This document shows, piece after piece, positions 16,937 through 22,904 of a DNA stretch of 22,904 nucleotides. Position numbers and translations under genes: made by a program. The number at the start of each line of letters is the position of its first letter. Within the stretch, counting starts at the first letter, position 1. Origin of the DNA: Nitrospinaceae bacterium (GTDB lineage: Bacteria > Nitrospinota > Nitrospinia > Nitrospinales > VA-1); contig JBHHVU010000050.1 in assembly GCA_046754465.1 (NCBI GenBank), positions 1 to 22,904 on the forward strand, given 5' to 3'. The notes beneath the pieces were generated by a model that was given only the letters and a program-made list of their open reading frames with translations, was not told where the DNA came from and ran no database searches.

Positions 16937-17301
16937 AACCAACCAACAAGGATTCCAAAACACACGTTGAGGCACGAACCAATATGTTACGAAAAGCCAG
17001 GGAGGATAAAATGATGAGCAAGGCAGAACTCGCGCGCAAAGCGGGCGTGACCGTTCAAACCATCGACCGGATTGAAAGAGGCTACGAGTGCCGGGTAGCG
17101 ACCAAACGAAAAATTATTCTGGCGCTGGGATATCAACTTTCGGAACGGTCCAAAATATTTGTTGAAGGCGAAAAACCGGGAGATAAGGATGATATCGAGA
17201 AGCCCGCGGAGAACGTGTCCCAGGAATCCAGGAGCCCCTTCATGCCTCAAGAGGGGGAACGGGTCCGAGTGCTCAGGAAAAAAAAACCTGTTTCCCAATA
17301 A
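16933..17301 (+). CDS. XRE-family HTH regulator (paralog 2) with a charged C-terminal extension
   Basis: Contains MMSKAELARKAGVTVQTIDRIERG, identical to paralog 1, and is translationally coupled to the Cys4 gene. Confidence 0.9.
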   Translation: MKPTNKDSKTHVEARTNMLRKAREDKMMSKAELARKAGVTVQTIDRIERGYECRVATKRKIILALGYQLSERSKIFVEGEKPGDKDDIEKPAENVSQESRSPFMPQEGERVRVLRKKKPVSQ

Positions 17302-17530
17302 AAAATAAGTGTTCCACAAGCCGCGGTGACCGGGAAATTTTCGGTCCCCTGAACTTTAAACGGGCAGGGTTTGGGTGGGTCCCGAAGCCCCTTCAGGGTC
17401 ATGAAAACAACTTGTCTGATATTTTTATGGTTAAAGGAACATGTTGGGGATTTTCGGTGGGGGGGGTTCCCCGAATTTTTTATGTGTTCTTGAATAGGTC
17501 TGCAACCTCCATTTATTCAAGGATAATAAC

Positions 17531-17559
17531 TTGACTCTGAGGGGTTCTCGATTTATCTT
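17531..17559 (+). promoter_or_regulatory. Putative sigma70 promoter for the HDOD gene
   Basis: TTGACT-N17-TATCTT. A second TTGACT lies at 17581. Confidence 0.4.
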
Positions 17560-17787
17560 GAACAGGAATTTGGGGAGGGGTTGACTCCTTTTATCAAGGA
17601 AGGTAAAAGTAATTTTATATCGGGCCCTCTTCCAGGGCCGGGGCCGGCATCCTGCAATCCGCTCCCACCCGGATGCTCCAAAAGGAAAGCCCAAAAGTCA
17701 TCCCCTTGATTCGCACTGGATGTGTCGATCCAGCTTGTCAGAAAAACCTGTTTCCGGGTTCGGGTTTAACTCTTGAGAGGTAACGAG

Positions 17788-18642
17788 ATGGCAATGGATA
17801 TCAATGAACTGATTAAAGAGGATAATCAGCTCGCGACGCTGCCGGAGATTTTTTACAAGCTCAATGCGGCCATTGAGGACCCCGATTGCACCTTCGATGA
17901 TATCGGGGAAATCATTAGTATCGATCCCGCGCTGACGGCCAAACTCCTGCGAATAGTCAACAGCGCGTTTTATGGTTTTTCCACCCAGGTGGAAACGGTG
18001 ACCCACGCGCTGACCATTATCGGGACCGACCAGTTGGCCCAGTTGGTGCTGGCGACTTCGGTGATGAGTCAGTTTAAGGGAGTCCCGGAAGATTTGATGA
18101 ATATGGACACTTTTTGGCGGCACAGCATTTCCGCCGGCTTGGCCGCCCGCTCCATCGCGGCGTTAAGCGGGGAATACAATGTCGAACGATTCTTCGCCGC
18201 GGGCCTGTTACACGATCTCGGCCGCCTGGTCATGTGTATAAAGATACCTGAAAAAACCAAGGAGGTTTTTTTGATGGGACAACACAGTGAAAAACCCCTG
18301 TTCGTGGAAGAGAGGGCACTCTTGGGGTTTGATCATGCCGAGCTGGGAGCCCGGTTGCTTCAAAATTGGAACCTTCCCGAAAGACTGGTCGAGTCCGTGG
18401 CGTTCCACCATCAACCCGCCAAGGCCCGCAACCATCCCGAAGAAGCGGCCGTAGTCAATTTGGCCGATGCCATCGCCTATTCCATGGATCTGGGCGGCAG
18501 CGGGGAGACCTTCATTCCTCCCTTCGAACCCAAATCCTGGGAAACCGTTGGGCTGCCTGAAAGCCTGTATCTGCCCATGATCAAGGAAAAAATCGAACAG
18601 CAGTTCGAAGAAGTGGCGGGAATTTTTCTCCAGAACATTTAG
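17788..18642 (+). CDS. HDOD domain protein
   Basis: LATLP, IDPALTAKLLRIVNSAFYG, FWRHS, AGLLHDLGRL, LGFDHAELGA.LL..WNLP and FHH motifs. RBS GAGAGG before ATG 17788. Confidence 0.95.
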   Translation: MAMDINELIKEDNQLATLPEIFYKLNAAIEDPDCTFDDIGEIISIDPALTAKLLRIVNSAFYGFSTQVETVTHALTIIGTDQLAQLVLATSVMSQFKGVPEDLMNMDTFWRHSISAGLAARSIAALSGEYNVERFFAAGLLHDLGRLVMCIKIPEKTKEVFLMGQHSEKPLFVEERALLGFDHAELGARLLQNWNLPERLVESVAFHHQPAKARNHPEEAAVVNLADAIAYSMDLGGSGETFIPPFEPKSWETVGLPESLYLPMIKEKIEQQFEEVAGIFLQNI

Positions 18643-18781
18643 TCCCTTCGAGGTGGAACATCCTTCTTGGCAGCAAGCTCCCCGCAGAAATCCCTCTTTC
18701 TCCCCGATGGTTTTCTTTCCGGCGGGAACGGACCCTCTGGTAAAATAGAGATACGCAGATCCGGCCCGGTTCCGGAGCCGC

Positions 18782-18988
18782 TCATTCGATATCTTCGTCC
18801 TCCAGAAGGTTGTCTTTGATCCCTTCCTTAATAATGTCATCGGCCAGCCCGCCAAAGCCCCCCTCGCCGTAATCCCGCACGTTCTGCTCGTCGAAATCGT
18901 CGAAATATACAGAATATTCCCGGGTAACCCAATCCCGCACCCGGTCGCTGAAACGCAAGACCCTTTGCACCGCTTCCAATTTATCCAT
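18782..18988 (-). CDS. Small acidic hypothetical protein (68 aa)
   Basis: MDKLEAVQRVLRFS...DEDIE has protein-like composition. AGGA lies upstream of ATG 18988. Confidence 0.7.
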   Translation of the reverse strand: MDKLEAVQRVLRFSDRVRDWVTREYSVYFDDFDEQNVRDYGEGGFGGLADDIIKEGIKDNLLEDEDIE

Positions 18989-19135
18989 TTCCGATTCCTG
19001 TTTTTGGATGTGAACCCATCCGTTCCCCCGGGTGGGAGACGGTGTTGTGGCTGGGGCCAAAGTGGAAAAAGCAGTGGGATAAAACAGAATAATCTAAAGT
19101 AAGCGGGTGGGGAGGGATAGGGTTTCCGGAGATTC

Positions 19136-19327
19136 TCAGTTCCGGCAAATGAGAATCCATTCGTTGCCCTTGAATTTTGCCAAAGCCGCTTGAACGGGAT
19201 ATCCCGGAATTCCGCCCCGGGGGATTTCCAGCCCGTTCCGCAACCGGAGCACTTCCTCCAGAGTTAAAGGGCGGACTTGGTCCACCTGGGAAAAAACTAT
19301 TTCCGGAAAGTTGGTTTTTTCTTTCAT
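19136..19327 (-). CDS. Small hypothetical protein (63 aa)
   Basis: ATG-initiated, globular-looking sequence, co-oriented with its neighbours. No clear RBS. Confidence 0.5.
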   Translation of the reverse strand: MKEKTNFPEIVFSQVDQVRPLTLEEVLRLRNGLEIPRGGIPGYPVQAALAKFKGNEWILICRN

Positions 19328-19816
19328 AGTTTAGAGGGGGGAGTTTCAAGTGATAAAATCGAGATTCTTGCGTTTGGACCCGATTTTATTGAAACATTTT
19401 AAGGGACCTGCAATAAATCTTTTCATTGGGACCGGAAGTTGATCTTAAATTTCCATTTTACAACAACCCCAGACAGGCAAATCCGATCATTGCCTAAATA
19501 CTTTTAAATATAAAAGGTTATCCTAAAAACCCATGAACCGGGAAAGAGCCTGGCCAACCCAGGATTCCAACCGGGAGTGCACGCCCCAGGACAGCGAAAA
19601 TCGGTCAAAAACGGGCCAACGCCAGCGAAAGCCGGCCCGTGAATCCTCTGGAATCCTTCAACGTAAAAGGGGGCTTGCGCGGGGTTTGGGAAGGGCCACC
19701 CATGCCCGGTATAAACTCATCACACCGTTACCCATGACTCCGAACACCTGTTGCCTATGTATCAGGTCTATACAATTCCCCGGAGGGGGGCTCCTTTTCA
19801 CAAACTTTTAAAGTTC

Positions 19817-20182
19817 CTAAAACCGGCAGGTGCTTTTCCAGACCCTCCCATTTCGGGCCGTGGTTTTGCAGAGGAAGGGACGCGTGCCGACGATCCAATT
19901 TTTCTGGTTGTGCCGAACCGACCAGACCTGGATTTTCCCTCGCGTGGCCGCACTTCCCTTGATGGCGATTTCGTGATTGATGTGCGGGAATCGATGGGGA
20001 AAACCTTTCCAGCCGATGATCACGCTGTCTTTTCTTACCTTGAACCATTTCACTTCCGGGATCTTTTCCAGAAACCCAAGAGAGGATTTCAAGGTGGTTT
20101 CCATGGGGTCCGCGGCGTAGGCGGGCGTCAAACCCTGGAGAGTCAGGATACTGAGAGAAATCAGGGTTAAAAACCGGTTCAT
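19817..20182 (-). CDS. Exported basic hypothetical protein
   Basis: Signal peptide MNRFLTLISLSILTLQGLTPAYA. The mature part is Lys/Arg/Trp-rich with two C-terminal Cys. Confidence 0.75.
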   Translation of the reverse strand: MNRFLTLISLSILTLQGLTPAYAADPMETTLKSSLGFLEKIPEVKWFKVRKDSVIIGWKGFPHRFPHINHEIAIKGSAATRGKIQVWSVRHNQKNWIVGTRPFLCKTTARNGRVWKSTCRF

Positions 20183-20363
20183 ACCAGACTATTTTTACAG
20201 TGTTTACCCCATTGGGAAGCCCGGGCAGGCTTTCCCTTGCCATTCCCATCTATCTATATTCAAACAAGTTATTTGAAAATGCAAAGAATTTTTCGGGTGG
20301 CCAAACAGTAAATTTCCAGTCTCGGCCTAGGATTTCTTTTTCTTGGAAGGAGAAAGCGAAAAA

Positions 20364-21914
20364 TCAACGTTTAGTGCCGATGGTGCCCGAGAAATCCGTA
20401 TCCGTCACATCGGCATCCTTGAGGTCCGCGTCACTCAGGTCGGCGCCCTTGAAATTAGCTTCCCCCAGTTTGGCTCCGGTCAGGTCCACCTTGCAAAGCG
20501 TGGCTTGGTTGAAATTGGCATATTCCAGATCGGCGCGGCGAAAGGTCGCCCCCTTCAGGCTGGCCTTGGAGAAGTTGGCCTTGACGGCCCTCACCCCGGA
20601 GAGATCGGACCCATCCAGATTGGTTTCCATCATGTTCGCGTTTTGCAATTCCGCTCCAATCAGGAAGGTATTTTTAAAGTCCGCCCCTTCGCAATCGGCC
20701 TCGGTCAAGTTGGCCCGGCTGAGGTCGGTACCCTCGAGATGAGCCTGGCACAGGATGGCGCCGGTGAGATTGGCGCCGCTCAAATCGGCGTTGGCGAGTT
20801 GAGTCCGGGCGAGTTTGGCTTTTTTCAGGTTGGCCTTGCTGAGACGGGCGCCGTTCAATTTGGCTTCCTGAAGCTTGATCCGCCCCAGGTCCGCCCCACT
20901 CAATATGACATTCACCAGGCTGGCGCCGGTGAGGTCGGCGATATTCAGGTTGGTTTCGCTGAGGTTGGAATGATGCAGGTCGGTTCTTCTTAAAATCGAA
21001 CCATTGAGGTTGGCGCGGGTGAGATCGGCACGGTGAATTTTGGCTTCGGTGAGATCGGCGTTCGTGAGATCGGCTCGGGTCAACCGGGCTTCGGTAAAAT
21101 CGCCTCCCGCCAGTTGAGCCCCCTTGATTCGGGCCCGGTTGAGGTTGGCCTTGCGAAAATTGGCTTCAAAGAAAATACCCATGCTGAGTTTGGAGTCCGT
21201 AAGATCGGTCCCGGTCAAATCCGCTCCCCTGAACCGGGCTCGGGTGAGATCGGAATCGATAATTTTGGCGCCGGGAAGTTTGGCCCGGAGGAATTCCGCC
21301 CGGCCGCAATCCGTTTCATTCAGGTTACATCCCGTCAAGTTGGATTCGATGAATTTTGATTCTCGGAGATTGGCGCGTTCCAGGTTGGCCCGGCTGAGAT
21401 CGGCCTTCGTTAAGACCGCCTCCTGAAAATTGGCCTCTTTCAGGGTGGCATCGGTCAGATCCGCCCCCGTCAGATCCGCCCCGGTCAGGTTGGTGTCGCT
21501 CAGATTGGCGCTCTGGAGAATTGTTTTTTCCAGGGTGACTTCCGACAGGTCCGATTCCGAAAGATCCGTTCCCTTCAGATTGGATTCGCTCAGGTTGGTT
21601 CGGTAAAAATTGAGTTGAGAAAGGTCCAGTCCGGAAAGGTCGCATCCTTTTAAGGGGAAATCCTCGCGGGTTTCCTCCTCCCCGGCCTCTTCCTCCTGTT
21701 CCTGGAGTGCGTTTTCGTTGGGGGACTCATCCGTGGTTTCCTGTGTTTCCTCGCCGGTTTCGCCGGAGGGTTCCTCCGTCTCTTCGGGCTCCGCCTCCTC
21801 TTCAACCTCGTCCTCGAATTCCTCTACGAACTCTTCCTCGGCCTCCCGCGCTTCCAGAGCCGCTCCAATTTCCGCCAGGATCGCCTCCACTTCTTCCCGT
21901 GTATAATCCGCCAT
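20364..21914 (-). CDS. Pentapeptide-repeat protein with an acidic N-terminal region
   Basis: About 425 residues of A(D/N)Lxx repeats preceded by a Glu-rich stretch. Confidence 0.95.
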   Translation of the reverse strand: MADYTREEVEAILAEIGAALEAREAEEEFVEEFEDEVEEEAEPEETEEPSGETGEETQETTDESPNENALQEQEEEAGEEETREDFPLKGCDLSGLDLSQLNFYRTNLSESNLKGTDLSESDLSEVTLEKTILQSANLSDTNLTGADLTGADLTDATLKEANFQEAVLTKADLSRANLERANLRESKFIESNLTGCNLNETDCGRAEFLRAKLPGAKIIDSDLTRARFRGADLTGTDLTDSKLSMGIFFEANFRKANLNRARIKGAQLAGGDFTEARLTRADLTNADLTEAKIHRADLTRANLNGSILRRTDLHHSNLSETNLNIADLTGASLVNVILSGADLGRIKLQEAKLNGARLSKANLKKAKLARTQLANADLSGANLTGAILCQAHLEGTDLSRANLTEADCEGADFKNTFLIGAELQNANMMETNLDGSDLSGVRAVKANFSKASLKGATFRRADLEYANFNQATLCKVDLTGAKLGEANFKGADLSDADLKDADVTDTDFSGTIGTKR

Positions 21915-22103
21915 CTTCGATTACCTTGAATGATGTTCCTGAAGGTTCAATTAAAAGGATCCATCCCACCGGATCGCAAGATCCGGCAAAATAAGGACCT
22001 TCCAATAATATGTGTAAGGGGGAAAGATATCCTACGATTGGGTGTAACGCAACCGGGAAGACATTATAACGGATAAAAGCCGGAAGCAGAACCGCGGAAA
22101 TCC

Positions 22104-22877
22104 TCAAAGACAATCATACCGGTTGCAAAATAAGGTGACCACCCGCCTCAGCCGCGAATCGAGAGTCTGGTAAACCTTGTCGAGGATGGGATCCGGGATT
22201 TCCTTATAGAAGGCGTGCGCGATGGCCCCACAGATACAGGCGATGGTATCGCTGTCCCCGCCGATCGAGACCCCCTTGCGGACGGCGTCCTCGAAGTTTT
22301 CCGATTCCAGGAAGGCCGTGACTGCCTGGGGAACCGTGCCCTGGCAGGAGGGGTCGAACCGGTAATGTTCGCGAATGGAATCCAGGGGTTCATCCAGCCG
22401 GTACCCGAAGGTGGTTGCAATATATTCCGCGATCGCCTTTTTGCTTTTCCCGGTCCGCGCGAGGAACACCGCGGCAGCGGCCGCCTGCGCCCCCTTGATT
22501 CCCTCGGGGTGATTGTGCGTGACGGCGGCGCTTTTTTGAGCCCGGTCCAGGACTTCCTCCAGGGTATCGCAGGCGAAGCCCACCGGGCTCACCCGCATGG
22601 CCGATCCGTTCCCCCAACTGTTGTAAGGTTCCCGGGAAGGACTGGATGCCCAGCGAATGAAACCGCTTCCATACCCCGCATTCGGGTAGAGGCCGTAGTA
22701 TTCCTTCAATTTGGCGGCAAAGTCGGCGTCGTGAAGAATGCTGTCCGCCAGCGCCACCGTCAGAACCGTATCGTCGGTGAAGGTGCTTTCCGCGGAGAAC
22801 AGGGGAAAAGCCGTGGTTTTGATGTTATGATTCTCATACACTGAGCCGATGATATCTCCGGCAATCGCGCCAATCAT
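22104..22877 (-). CDS. ADP-ribosylglycohydrolase family protein (DraG/ARH-like)
   Basis: MIGAIAGDIIGS, FTDDT, SWGNGSAMRVSP, THNHPEG and GGDSDT motifs. Confidence 0.95.
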   Translation of the reverse strand: MIGAIAGDIIGSVYENHNIKTTAFPLFSAESTFTDDTVLTVALADSILHDADFAAKLKEYYGLYPNAGYGSGFIRWASSPSREPYNSWGNGSAMRVSPVGFACDTLEEVLDRAQKSAAVTHNHPEGIKGAQAAAAAVFLARTGKSKKAIAEYIATTFGYRLDEPLDSIREHYRFDPSCQGTVPQAVTAFLESENFEDAVRKGVSIGGDSDTIACICGAIAHAFYKEIPDPILDKVYQTLDSRLRRVVTLFCNRYDCL

Positions 22878-22904
22878 GACAAGTTCCCCGGGTACGCCCG
22901 AAAT

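Noticed and set aside
2975..17301. Inverted XRE copies as ends of a mobile or invertible element
   Set aside because: The nucleotide sequences differ at many synonymous sites, similarity is confined to the coding core, and no recombinase or transposase is present.
20200..21426. Plus-strand ORFs with periodic sequence
   Set aside because: Antisense reflections of the pentapeptide-repeat gene.

Overview
Bacterial chromosomal window, moderately GC-rich with AT-rich intergenic regions. Gene content suggests a Nitrospina-like organism (Nitrospinota), which is inference only. Left to right: the 3' part of a c-type cytochrome and a probable outer-membrane beta-barrel gene; an XRE HTH regulator divergent from a sigma54-driven LuxR-type regulator; three TPR proteins, two of them long kinesin-light-chain-type 42-aa arrays; an orphan PstS-like binding protein; an AhpD-like peroxidase; an orphan PAS-GAF-PAS histidine kinase; DoxX; a sigma54 operon encoding a small Cys4 protein and a second, near-identical XRE regulator; an HDOD protein; three small hypotheticals; a long pentapeptide-repeat protein; and an ADP-ribosylglycohydrolase. 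I saw no rRNA, tRNA, CRISPR array, integrase or transposase. The best leads are the twin XRE paralogs tied to sigma54 promoters, a 20-repeat TPR protein whose tail resembles the C-terminus of DUF499 ATPases, NrdR-box-like sites upstream of a non-RNR gene, the cytochrome-porin pair and two structured intergenic RNA candidates. None can be shown to be a new system from sequence alone.
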